From positions 160,001 through 224,000 of the forward strand of contig JBHLMN010000009.1 of the NCBI GenBank assembly GCA_048938105.1: a stretch of 64,000 nt of DNA, read 5' to 3'. This stretch comes from Promethearchaeota archaeon. GTDB lineage: Archaea; Asgardarchaeota; Heimdallarchaeia; Hodarchaeales; Hodarchaeaceae. Shown here piece after piece: positions 9,812-19,054 of this stretch. Under the pieces are notes generated by a model. The model made no database searches. It worked only from the letters and a program-made list of their open reading frames with translations, and was not told the DNA's origin. Position numbers and translations under genes: made by a program. Each line of letters starts with the position of its first letter. Position 1 is the first letter of the stretch.

Positions 9812-11734
9812 GGTTTGAATAGGTTGAATGGATAGTTCTTTTAATTTACGCTCTGAAGGGACACCCAATTCATCCCAACCGCGGATGTGATAATATTCCT
9901 TGAGAAGATTGTGAATATTTACTTTGTGACCTTTTGCTGGCCCTTCAGGTAATGGTTCATTCAGAAATCTTGGGGAGAGATTATCATGGTCTCTTGTTAG
10001 CCCTTCTCGGATATTAAATAAGCGTTCTAAATTATAAATTCTTTCACCAATTCTTTTTAATTCTTTTTCATCAATATAAAAACCAGTAGCAGTAGTTAAA
10101 AGCTTCGCATAGATATCAACCTCACACTTTAATGTTGTGAATACCGCCAATGATGTGAATTTGCACCATTCAGCTGAATCTAGTACTGCAAATACATCTT
10201 GCATTTCTTTAACCAATTCTGCTTTTCCTTCCTCAGTAAAGGGATCAACAAAATGAGGTAAGCTTAAAACCTCTTGAATAACCGTATAACCTTTTAAATG
10301 AGTTCCCCCACTGTTTGAAGTGGCATAACTTAGTGCCATCCCTTTAATCCCTCTTGGATCATATGCAGGCATTTCAAGTCCTTTAACATGACAGGCAAAT
10401 GATTGTGATCCCTTCCCAATCCGTTTAGCGGCTTTTTGTACTCCATTCGCTAATAAATCACCCTCATCCTTCCTAATAGCAATATTTTCGATTAATGATA
10501 GTAATGCTTGACCATCTCCAAATGATATAGAGTTAGATATAATTCCTTTGTCACAACACTCCATGAACCATCCAATAGTATTCCCTGTAGAAATAGTATC
10601 TAATCCAAGTTGGTTACAAAGAGAATTGGCTTTAAAAATGGTTTCTAAATCGCTTATACCACAATTAGGACCTAATGCCCATAAAGATTCAAATTCAGGA
10701 CCGTGTGTTTCGATATCTTTATATTTCATTATACGACCGCAGGCAATAGGACACCCATGGCAAGGTTTTCTCTTTACTAAATATTCCTTGAGGGTTTCTC
10801 CTGCTATTTCACGCACATTCCCGAAAATGCCAGTACTGTAATTTCTTACAGGGAGAACCCCGTGTTTGTTGACAATATTAACTAGAATAGGCGTACCATA
10901 CAATCTCATCCCTGTTCCCGTCACTGGGTGACCCTTCAAGGTTTCTATGAATTTCATTTGGATCTTTTGAAACGCATATTCGTTGACAGGCATAACTTTA
11001 CCAGATCCATGAACAACAATAGCTTTGAGATTTTTTGAACCCCATACTGCTCCGATACCCCCTCTACCTGCGGTTCTTGTGTCATTGATAACACAAGCAA
11101 AATGTACTAAATTTTCTCCTGCTGGGCCTATCGCGGCAACAGAGTGATTTGTATGGATCTCTTTTAGTATTTTAATTGTTTCATTTATTGTTTTGCCCCA
11201 CAAACTCGAAGCATCTTGAATGGAAACGTTATCATCATCAACTAAGAGATATACAGGAGTTTTTGACGAATTCTCAATAATAATCCCATCATAACCAGCA
11301 CGTTTCAACTCAATTCCTAATCTACCACCGCAATGAGTGTCATTTAATGTTTTTTCAGTTAAAGGGCTTTTGAAAATCATACACCATCGAGACGAAGTTG
11401 GAGAAGTAGTTCCTGTCATTGGGCCCGTTAAGAGCACTAGTTTGTTATCGGGACTTAACGGATCTATTCCTGGTTTTAGTTCATCATAAAGGATTTTAAT
11501 ACCGTAACCTCTTCCTCCAAGGTATTTTTGCGCAGTATCGAGGTCTAATGGTTCCTTTTGGATTTTTTTTGTCATTATATTGATTCTTAAAATCTGTTTA
11601 GCATATGTCAGTGTTTTAACCCACCATTGATCTCCTATAATACTTACATAATTCGATAACAACGCCTCATGAAAATCTTGTAATGATTTATAAAAGAAAT
11701 TCACTCTTTCTAAAAAATTCAATAGCTCTCTCAT
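9161..11734 (-). CDS. Tungsten aldehyde:ferredoxin oxidoreductase (AOR/FOR family) fused to C-terminal 3-hexulose-6-phosphate synthase; true start uncertain (homology begins near 11610)
   Basis: AOR motifs YLGGRG, GRGGIGAVWGSKNLKA, CHGCPIACG, GLDTIS, KGLEMPAYDPRG; last ~216 aa LQIALD, IEAGTPLIK, ADLKTMD, HIGIDQQ, AVAGG, IVGSAIT (HPS). Confidence 0.9.
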   Translation of the reverse strand: MRELLNFLERVNFFYKSLQDFHEALLSNYVSIIGDQWWVKTLTYAKQILRINIMTKKIQKEPLDLDTAQKYLGGRGYGIKILYDELKPGIDPLSPDNKLVLLTGPMTGTTSPTSSRWCMIFKSPLTEKTLNDTHCGGRLGIELKRAGYDGIIIENSSKTPVYLLVDDDNVSIQDASSLWGKTINETIKILKEIHTNHSVAAIGPAGENLVHFACVINDTRTAGRGGIGAVWGSKNLKAIVVHGSGKVMPVNEYAFQKIQMKFIETLKGHPVTGTGMRLYGTPILVNIVNKHGVLPVRNYSTGIFGNVREIAGETLKEYLVKRKPCHGCPIACGRIMKYKDIETHGPEFESLWALGPNCGISDLETIFKANSLCNQLGLDTISTGNTIGWFMECCDKGIISNSISFGDGQALLSLIENIAIRKDEGDLLANGVQKAAKRIGKGSQSFACHVKGLEMPAYDPRGIKGMALSYATSNSGGTHLKGYTVIQEVLSLPHFVDPFTEEGKAELVKEMQDVFAVLDSAEWCKFTSLAVFTTLKCEVDIYAKLLTTATGFYIDEKELKRIGERIYNLERLFNIREGLTRDHDNLSPRFLNEPLPEGPAKGHKVNIHNLLKEYYHIRGWDELGVPSERKLKELSIQPIQTSTKLQIALDLRDLNEALKIAQKSALGGVDWIEAGTPLIKATGMESVRKLRELFPHKIIVADLKTMDASYLETEMAALAGADVICILGIAPDSTIKDAVGAGKKFDVKIFADLIGVQDPINRAIHLEKLGVDIIGLHIGIDQQLRSDFDKIPFPTLKKLRETIKIPIAVAGGLKAETIPKAVEYGADILIVGSAITRSADPQQATQHLKEVILKRKD

Positions 11735-11853
11735 TAATGATTAATCAATATAAGCAAGTTGAATTTTCTTAAGAAAACATCCTACCAAAATGGTAAATCC
11801 TTTATTCATTATCCAAAATGAGGTTTTTATCTTTGAAATGGTGATGAATAATT

Positions 11854-12966
11854 TTGTACGCGGATTATAATGAAAAATTAGCGAAATTAATAGCTCAATA
11901 CGCTGTAAATGTCCAACCAAACGATCTTGTAATGATCCAAGCTCCAATTAATGCAGAAAATCTTGTCAGGGAAGTTTATAGAGAGGTTATACAAGCAGGA
12001 GGTCACATTCTAAGGATGAAGCTTTCATTCGATAGTCAAGATGAAATGATGTATAAATTAGCTACTGATGAACAACTGACATACGTTGACGACCTTGAGG
12101 TAGAATACTGGAAAAAAGCAGACGTCCTGATAGCTATTCACTCTGATTACAATACTCGAGCTTTAACAAATGTCCCCGCAGAGAAAAAAGTAATGGTGAG
12201 ACAAGCTCGAGAGGAGATTACTAAAATATATCTTGAAAGAGCCGCAAAGAAGGAATTGAGATGGAATTTAAGTCCATACCCTTGTGATGCATTTTCTCAA
12301 GAAGCAAATATGGGGAGACTAGAATACTTAGAATTCGTATATAAAGCACTGAATCTGCATCAAAGTGACTCTATAGAGTTTTGGAAACGTATTGAAGCAA
12401 ATCAAGAAGACATTGTTAATATTTTAGACAAAGGTAAAGAATTCCGGATTATAGGAGAAGATACCGATTTAACATTAGCGATTGAGAATCGTAAGTGGAA
12501 AAATTGTTGTGGCCATGAGAATCTTCCTGATGGGGAGGTCTTTACAGGACCACATGAAGATGGGGTAAATGGAAACATAAGATTCACATATCCTGGAATA
12601 TATGAGGGACAAGAGGTTGAGGACATCTTTTTATCCTTCAAAGAGGGTAAAGTTGTGGACTTTGACGCTGCAAAGGGAAAAGATCTCTTAAAGAAGATGC
12701 TTACCATCCCAAATGCGAATATTCTCGGAGAGCTGGCCGTAGGAACTAATTTTGGTATAACTAAATTTACTAAGAATATGCTTTTTGATGAAAAAATGGG
12801 TGGAACCATTCACCTTGCCTTAGGCTCTGGTTACCCTGAAACTGGTTCAAAAAACCAATCATCTATTCATTGGGATATACTAAAAGACATGAAAGGTTCT
12901 GAAGCAAAAATTCTTCTTGATAGTGAGGTTATCTATCAAGCAGGAAAGTGGTTAATTCCTAAATAA
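11854..12966 (+). CDS. Thermophilic metalloaminopeptidase, M29 (AmpS/PepS)
   Basis: NLPDGEVFTGP, LGELAVG, LFDEKMGGTIHLALG, SSIHWD. Confidence 0.92.
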   Translation: MYADYNEKLAKLIAQYAVNVQPNDLVMIQAPINAENLVREVYREVIQAGGHILRMKLSFDSQDEMMYKLATDEQLTYVDDLEVEYWKKADVLIAIHSDYNTRALTNVPAEKKVMVRQAREEITKIYLERAAKKELRWNLSPYPCDAFSQEANMGRLEYLEFVYKALNLHQSDSIEFWKRIEANQEDIVNILDKGKEFRIIGEDTDLTLAIENRKWKNCCGHENLPDGEVFTGPHEDGVNGNIRFTYPGIYEGQEVEDIFLSFKEGKVVDFDAAKGKDLLKKMLTIPNANILGELAVGTNFGITKFTKNMLFDEKMGGTIHLALGSGYPETGSKNQSSIHWDILKDMKGSEAKILLDSEVIYQAGKWLIPK

Positions 12967-12972
12967 ATCTAA

Positions 12973-15288
12973 TTATGATAGATGAATAACCTCACCACTT
13001 TGAAGAGATTTGAGAGCTGCACAAGCCACTCGAAGGGCCAATATTCCATCTTGAATGGGTATTGGACTTGGGTTATCATTCAATATAGCCTTAGCGAAAG
13101 CACTAACTTGTTCAACAAAAAATGGGAGTTGATCAATTTCTTCAAAAGTAGGTTCAGATCCATCCAATTCTGTATTCTTGATTGAGGGTTGCTTGGAGGG
13201 ATCAATTCTGATTGTACCATCTTCACCATAAATTATCATTCCAGTATTGCTTCCTACCTGATCTGTTAGATCTGGTTCAGACCAAGATGCTTCAATAGTA
13301 ATAAGGACTCCAGATTTTGACCGAAGACTAATTTGCACTGTATCCCAGGTTTTTATTTCGGGATAAACTCTATTTGAGCCAATTGCATAAACAGTTGTTA
13401 TTGGATCAGCAGGCCCTAGAAACCATTGCACTAAATCAATATCATGGATTGCTAGATCGACAGCTATTCCTCCACTTTTTGTTTCATCCCAAAACCACTT
13501 AGAAGAGGGAGGACCACGACCCCGACGATGAGCATGAATAGAAACTATGGGGCCAAGCTCGCCTTTGTCAATTACCTTTTTTGCTGCAGAATAATGGGAA
13601 ATGAACCGACAAATCATTGCAACCATTAATTTAACATTATTGTCTCGTAATATTCCTGAAATTTCCTCTAATTCATCCGGATGTAACAAGATGGGTTTTT
13701 CACATAAGATATGTTTCCCTGCCTTTGCTGCAGCAATAATATATTTCTTATGTACAAAGGTTGGAACACAAATCGATACTGCTCTCAATTCAGGGTCTTG
13801 AAGGGCTTCTAGATAGTTTTCATAGATGTTAATCACTCCAAAGAATAAAGCTGCTCCTTGAAGGGCTAATGGGTTTCTGGTAGCTATTGAATGTAATTCT
13901 GTCCAAGAACAAGCTGAGTATGCTGCAGCATGTATTTGGCCAATTCCCCCTAATCCAATTATACCGACTTTTAAGGGATTCATGACCTTTGGAACATCTT
14001 TAATGAGTTCCTGAATTTTTGGGGTTGTACCTGTAGAAATCATGGTTCCAATGATTCTACTCTCAATTTCTAGATCAATATTCAGAATTATCTCCATCTC
14101 TTGAAGAAATTTCGCTGCCACTAATGATAATTCAATGTAGGATAATTGATGCCAATTGGGAAGCCCAATGATGTTTTCAGCTATTTTATCAGTATTAGGA
14201 CAGTTTGGTTCGTTGTAGACTGCTTCCTCCTCCAAAAAAGGACATGTAAACGGACATTTACGTTCCCCGTATCCCTTTTGTTCTTGGAAAAGAGGAGAAG
14301 TATAGAGACCAGCGGGATAAATCAATTGAGTGATCTGAAAGTCACGGTTCAAATGGTCAGCTAATTCTTTCCCAGTCATTCCAACAATTGAAGGATCAAT
14401 TTGGATTGCATACGCATGAAAAACATGTTTTCCATACTCTGGTACTTGAGGTAATCTTACTCCTGGGATGTCTTTTAGTAGTGAATTTAAGTATAGAGAG
14501 TTTTTAATCCGCCCTTCGTTCATTTTTTCAAGTTTTTTTAACTGTTCTATCCCTATAGCTGCTTGTATCGTTGTCATTCGATAATTAAATCCTAATCTCT
14601 CATATTTATACCAAGAAGGCTCCCCATGATGTCTAACCAATCGACATTGTTTTGCAAAATCGTCATCATCAGTAATTATAATACCACCCTCTCCTGTCAT
14701 CATATTCTTTGATTCAAAGAAACTGAAACATCCCGCTTTTCCAAGACTCCCCACTTTTTTTCCTTTGTATTCAGCCCCATGAGCCTGACATGCATCTTCA
14801 ATTACTATAAGATTATGTTGTTGAGCAATTTTAATAATGGGATCCATATCTGCAGGATGACCAAAAAGATGTACAGGAATAATAGCCTTGGTTCGATCTG
14901 TTATTTTATTTAGCAAATCAGTAGGATCCATACAAAAGGAAGTTGGATCAATATCTACAAACACAGGAATAGCATTTTGATGTAACACAGCAGTTGCTGT
15001 GGCAACGAAGGTATATGGAGGGATTAAAACCTCATCACCAGCCCCTACTCCAGCAGCAGCTAAAGACGCATGTAGTGCAGCTGTTCCAGAACTAACAGCT
15101 ATAGCTTGCCTAATATCCATGTAGCTGGCGAAATCAGCTTCAAATTCTTCAATTTCAGTACCACTCATGAATGTCAATCGTTTATTGCGCATTACTCTTT
15201 TTACAGCAAGAATTTCTTCCCGTTCTACTTTACGATCCATTGGAAATAAATCGTGTGGTTTAATTTTACGAGTCATAAACGCACTCAA
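12973..15288 (-). CDS. DegT/DnrJ/EryC1/StrS PLP aminotransferase fused to Gfo/Idh/MocA NAD(P) oxidoreductase
   Basis: SSGTAALH, IEDACQAHG, SFFESKNM (PLP Lys); then GIIGLGGIG Rossmann motif, LCEKP, DLAIHDID. Confidence 0.9.
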   Translation of the reverse strand: MSAFMTRKIKPHDLFPMDRKVEREEILAVKRVMRNKRLTFMSGTEIEEFEADFASYMDIRQAIAVSSGTAALHASLAAAGVGAGDEVLIPPYTFVATATAVLHQNAIPVFVDIDPTSFCMDPTDLLNKITDRTKAIIPVHLFGHPADMDPIIKIAQQHNLIVIEDACQAHGAEYKGKKVGSLGKAGCFSFFESKNMMTGEGGIIITDDDDFAKQCRLVRHHGEPSWYKYERLGFNYRMTTIQAAIGIEQLKKLEKMNEGRIKNSLYLNSLLKDIPGVRLPQVPEYGKHVFHAYAIQIDPSIVGMTGKELADHLNRDFQITQLIYPAGLYTSPLFQEQKGYGERKCPFTCPFLEEEAVYNEPNCPNTDKIAENIIGLPNWHQLSYIELSLVAAKFLQEMEIILNIDLEIESRIIGTMISTGTTPKIQELIKDVPKVMNPLKVGIIGLGGIGQIHAAAYSACSWTELHSIATRNPLALQGAALFFGVINIYENYLEALQDPELRAVSICVPTFVHKKYIIAAAKAGKHILCEKPILLHPDELEEISGILRDNNVKLMVAMICRFISHYSAAKKVIDKGELGPIVSIHAHRRGRGPPSSKWFWDETKSGGIAVDLAIHDIDLVQWFLGPADPITTVYAIGSNRVYPEIKTWDTVQISLRSKSGVLITIEASWSEPDLTDQVGSNTGMIIYGEDGTIRIDPSKQPSIKNTELDGSEPTFEEIDQLPFFVEQVSAFAKAILNDNPSPIPIQDGILALRVACAALKSLQSGEVIHLS

Positions 15289-15493
15289 CTCTTTTAATCT
15301 TTTAACTTAGTAAATATCTAGTTTTGGTTACAATTCGGTCTCTTCAATGCTTGAATAGCTAATTTATGTTTTTAGCCTTATACGATTCAATCACTAATCA
15401 AAATTCCGATTTTAATTTCAAAATCATTTTATTCTAAACAATTATTTGATTCAATATTCGCCTTAACTTGATAGCTTTATGCGACCTAATCAG

Positions 15494-15508
15494 CTGAAAG
15501 TTTATATA
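15494..15508 (+). promoter_or_regulatory. Putative archaeal BRE + TATA box for ssb
   Basis: ctgaaag followed by TTTATATA at 15501-15508. Confidence 0.55.
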
Positions 15509-15531
15509 GTATCATTAGATGAAATAACATA

Positions 15532-15652
15532 AGCCCAACTTCTAGAATAAAAGAGTAATTGTGCGAATGGAACAATTTAAGTCTCAAAAGTCAGTAGAGA
15601 CCAAAAATTAGAACATGTAGGATAATTTTGCTTTTTTTAAAGGATTTGGGTT
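15532..15652 (+). ncRNA. Candidate structured 5' leader of ssb
   Basis: Closing stem agcccaa/ttgggtt enclosing hairpins aattgt/acaatt, gtctc/gagac, aaaatta/taatttt; begins ~30 nt after the start of the TATA box. Confidence 0.35.
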
Positions 15653-15668
15653 CTATTCGTCGTTAGAT

Positions 15669-16187
15669 GTGTATAAAATGTCGTATGAAATAGAAGATGA
15701 GACGCATGACGTCCAAATTGAAGAGGTTAAGCCTCTCGAAAAAAGATTAAATGTCGTTTTTCAGGTCACCGATATTGGTGAAGAAAGAGAAATTAACAAA
15801 AGATCAGGGGAAACTCATAGAGTGTGTGACTTCACGGTCGCTGATCAGACCGCTTCTATAACCTTAACGTTATGGAATGAAGATATTGATGCACTCGAAG
15901 TTGGAAAAGTATACAAACTTAGTAATGGTTTTGCTAATGTTTTTCAGAATTCTCTGCGATTATCAAAGGGGAAATTTGGTTCGATAGCTGAAGATTCAAC
16001 AGTCTTTGAAGAAATTAACCAGGATAACAATAAGTCTTCTGAATACGTTGAAGACCCTCGTAGGAGAACCTATAGGCAACGAGGAAGTTATGGCAGCCGA
16101 GGTGGCTATGGCAGTGGAGGAAGATCATCTAGTTATGGTGATCGCCGTTCTCGAAATTCCGATCGGGACTCTCGTTCACGTTGGTAA
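15669..16187 (+). CDS. ssb: Single-OB-fold single-stranded DNA-binding protein with Arg/Gly/Ser-rich tail; likely start ATG 15678
   Basis: VADQTASITLTLWNE, YKLSNGFANVFQNSLRL resemble crenarchaeal SSB / SOSS-B OB folds. Confidence 0.85.
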   Translation: MYKMSYEIEDETHDVQIEEVKPLEKRLNVVFQVTDIGEEREINKRSGETHRVCDFTVADQTASITLTLWNEDIDALEVGKVYKLSNGFANVFQNSLRLSKGKFGSIAEDSTVFEEINQDNNKSSEYVEDPRRRTYRQRGSYGSRGGYGSGGRSSSYGDRRSRNSDRDSRSRW

Positions 16188-16258
16188 TCATATTAATTCT
16201 TTTTGGGATAGACAAAGAACAGCCAATTATAAATTCCGTACTTTTTAATACAAATTAT

Positions 16259-16290
16259 CACTCGTGAATCCACACGAGTGTACTTTTTTT
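16259..16290 (+). terminator. Hairpin plus T-tract after ssb
   Basis: Perfect 8-bp stem cactcgtg-aatcca-cacgagtg followed by tacttttttt. Confidence 0.6.
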
Positions 16291-16345
16291 CCTTAATGGA
16301 TCTTTTTGTCTTTTCTTAGTTCCATTCCCAATTTTTTAGCTATAA

Positions 16346-17158
16346 TCATTTATTCTTACGGAATTGTTCAGCAGCAACCAAAGCTCTTGTAGTATCCACT
16401 TTAACTTTCTTTTGAGCCCAAAATAAATCAATACCTCCTGCTAAAAGGGCACAAATGAAAAATGACCATACAAATGGATTGATTATTCCAATTAATAATT
16501 CAACTATCATTTTGGACCAGAGGATAATCAAAGAATACCCAAAAGAAATGAAAATATAGCTCATTGTATCAATATAAAGCCAGTTCTTTATCCATTCAAC
16601 CCCCGCAAACTCAATATACGCTCCAACAAAACAAGCAATAAACATTAAGCCCAAGCTGTTTGAAGCAAGAAAAGCAAGGAATGTAAAGATAACTCGGGCA
16701 AATAAAAAATATTGGTCTTTGCGTGTTTCTCCAAACTTCCATTCAAAAAAGAAAGTAGGCAGAATAAATACTACTCCAGGTAGAAATGCAGCCTCAGGGA
16801 GAGCTATGACCACTTTCCCAATATTATAAGTAAAAATGGAAACCATTCCCCACGCGAAGCCGACATACGCCGAGTAACCATAATTTGGATCCCATGGATG
16901 ATATTTCCACTTTTTAGAGTTAACGCCCCAATAATCGGTAATGTAACCTACTGTTAAACCAAAGAAGAAGAAAAACCATTCATCCCAACCTGGTTGTGCG
17001 ATGATACCATAACACACCATGTATATTGTGCCTAACACAAGACAGATCCAGTCATTCTGAGTTTTGTTATTTAACCATAAAACAAAGGGAACTCCAGCGA
17101 GAAAGAAGATTAGATTAAATAAAGGGATAAAAGGAGCGAGTTGAGTAAAAAGAACCAT
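16346..17158 (-). CDS. Polytopic membrane protein with internal duplication
   Basis: Hydrophobic; two related halves (GYITDYWGV..WKY / GAYIEFAGV..WLY). Confidence 0.7.
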   Translation of the reverse strand: MVLFTQLAPFIPLFNLIFFLAGVPFVLWLNNKTQNDWICLVLGTIYMVCYGIIAQPGWDEWFFFFFGLTVGYITDYWGVNSKKWKYHPWDPNYGYSAYVGFAWGMVSIFTYNIGKVVIALPEAAFLPGVVFILPTFFFEWKFGETRKDQYFLFARVIFTFLAFLASNSLGLMFIACFVGAYIEFAGVEWIKNWLYIDTMSYIFISFGYSLIILWSKMIVELLIGIINPFVWSFFICALLAGGIDLFWAQKKVKVDTTRALVAAEQFRKNK

Positions 17159-17398
17159 TATATTATCACTTCAAAAGGAACAATAATTTTAATATAGTTT
17201 CTGATTGTTCTAAAAGCATTCAACCAACCTGATAAATCTATCTAAGATTTTTCGATAATAGTACTAGTCATGAAATTTGCAATGAATAACAATAGAAAGT
17301 CACCAGTAATTTATACCTTAGAATTCTTATTTCATAGGGTGGTCAATTTAAGTAACTAGTAAAAACATTGTTTCAGATCAATTGATCAGGATCATTCT

Positions 17399-17752
17399 TT
17401 GGGGATGATAAATGTGGCCCGAATAATCGATGAGAAAGAATTTGCAGACATTATTAAGACTAATACACAATCGAATTCATCCCGGCCCTTAGTTGTGGAT
17501 TGTTTTACCGATTGGTGTCCCCCATGTAAAGCAAGTGCTCCTATCTTTGAGCAATTTAGTCAGAAATATACTGAAGCCGATTTTGTGAAAATAAATGTAG
17601 ATAAAAACCAGGGAGTAGCTATAAAATTACGGGTTCAAGGTGTCCCAACTTTTGCAATAATAATAGGTAATAGATTAGTTTCTAAGATTGTAGGTGCAGA
17701 TATGAGAAAACTGGAGAGAGAAATTAAAAAAGCAATTAATGGAAAAGAATAA
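17399..17752 (+). CDS. trxA: Thioredoxin; start may be 17405 or 17414
   Basis: WCPPC active site, VQGVPTF cis-Pro motif. Confidence 0.9.
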   Translation: MGMINVARIIDEKEFADIIKTNTQSNSSRPLVVDCFTDWCPPCKASAPIFEQFSQKYTEADFVKINVDKNQGVAIKLRVQGVPTFAIIIGNRLVSKIVGADMRKLEREIKKAINGKE

Positions 17753-18119
17753 ATAATTTTCCCGTTAAAATCTCCGATATGTTGAATATTCTAATCGGTC
17801 TATTGTTTTATTTTCTAATTTCCAATTAAATCTTAAATTATTTCTTCTTTCCCAACTATTTTAAGTTTCAAAAGGATTAATTAGGTTTTAAGTGTTTTTC
17901 AGAAATAAGAAAAGTATTTTCGATCGTCTCGAGAATAGTATGATTTTATATGGATTTATACTTTATAAGAAAGAGGAGATAAATTTAAGATATCAAAAAC
18001 AAAATTGTTTCTCAACCACCTTATTAATTTCAAAAAAAATAGCTATCAAGTTCATTCATCAATGATCGATTAAGAATTAACTTCAGATAATCATTAAATT
18101 TCCTTATGAGGGCTAAGTT

Positions 18120-19016
18120 TTGGTTAGAGATTATTATGACGCTCTTGGAGTTTCTCGTGATGCAGATCTATCAGCAATCAAAAAAGCATATCGTAAGATG
18201 GCTTTGAAATACCATCCTGACAGAGCGAAGGACAGTGGAATGGATCCGAAGGCTGCAGAGGAAAAATTTAAAGAGATCTCTGAAGCTTATTCAGTCCTTT
18301 CAGATAAAGAAAAAAGAAAACAATATGATATGTTTGGACATGACGCTTTTTCACAATACGGACGAGGAGGGAAGGGGGGATTTAGGATGGATATTGATCC
18401 ATTTGAAATTTTTTCACAATTTTTTGGTGGGGATGATATTTTCTCATCTTTTGGAACAAGAGGATCACCATTTTCAAGCCGAGGAACTCCTTTCAGCAGA
18501 ACTCAACCACCACAAAGAGGTACAGATGTGAAAATCTCCCTTAACATTAAGATATCAGAGATTGAAGGGAGAACAACGAATTTGAAGAAAACTATTAGTC
18601 TAAAACGTAAATATCAGGATGGAACCGTTAAGAAAGAAAAAATCCGCATCCCAATTCCCTCAAACATTGAAAATGGAAAAGTATTGCGCATAGCTGGGAA
18701 GGGAAATCAGGGTAAAATGGGAGGGCCTTCTGGAGATTTATTAATTGAAATTTCCTTAATAGATGACATACTAGAGATACCTGTATCTGTTTTTTTGGCC
18801 ATTCGAGGTTCGGATCTTACGATCAAGACCCCTCTAGGGGATCAATTATCAGGAACTATTCCGAGAAATACGAGAGAAAATGCCATACTTACTTTTATTA
18901 CTGCTGATGGTCAGAGTAAGAAAGTTAGAGTGAAATATCGGTATCCAAAGACTCTATCAGAGAGTCAGGAAGATCTTTTAACAAAATTACTTGAGCTTGA
19001 TAGGAAGAAGGAATAA
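18120..19016 (+). CDS. DnaJ class B (J domain, G/F region, no zinc finger)
   Basis: [15 protein letters not shown]-rich linker, GPSGDL; no CxxCxGxG repeats. Confidence 0.9.
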   Translation: MVRDYYDALGVSRDADLSAIKKAYRKMALKYHPDRAKDSGMDPKAAEEKFKEISEAYSVLSDKEKRKQYDMFGHDAFSQYGRGGKGGFRMDIDPFEIFSQFFGGDDIFSSFGTRGSPFSSRGTPFSRTQPPQRGTDVKISLNIKISEIEGRTTNLKKTISLKRKYQDGTVKKEKIRIPIPSNIENGKVLRIAGKGNQGKMGGPSGDLLIEISLIDDILEIPVSVFLAIRGSDLTIKTPLGDQLSGTIPRNTRENAILTFITADGQSKKVRVKYRYPKTLSESQEDLLTKLLELDRKKE

Positions 19017-19054
19017 ATTCATTCCATTTTAAACGTTTTTCCAGATTCAATTCC

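Noticed and set aside
17753-18119. Long AT-rich gap before dnaJ with imperfect palindrome tattttcga..tcgagaata
   Set aside because: No CIRCE consensus or repeat array; palindrome too weak for this base composition
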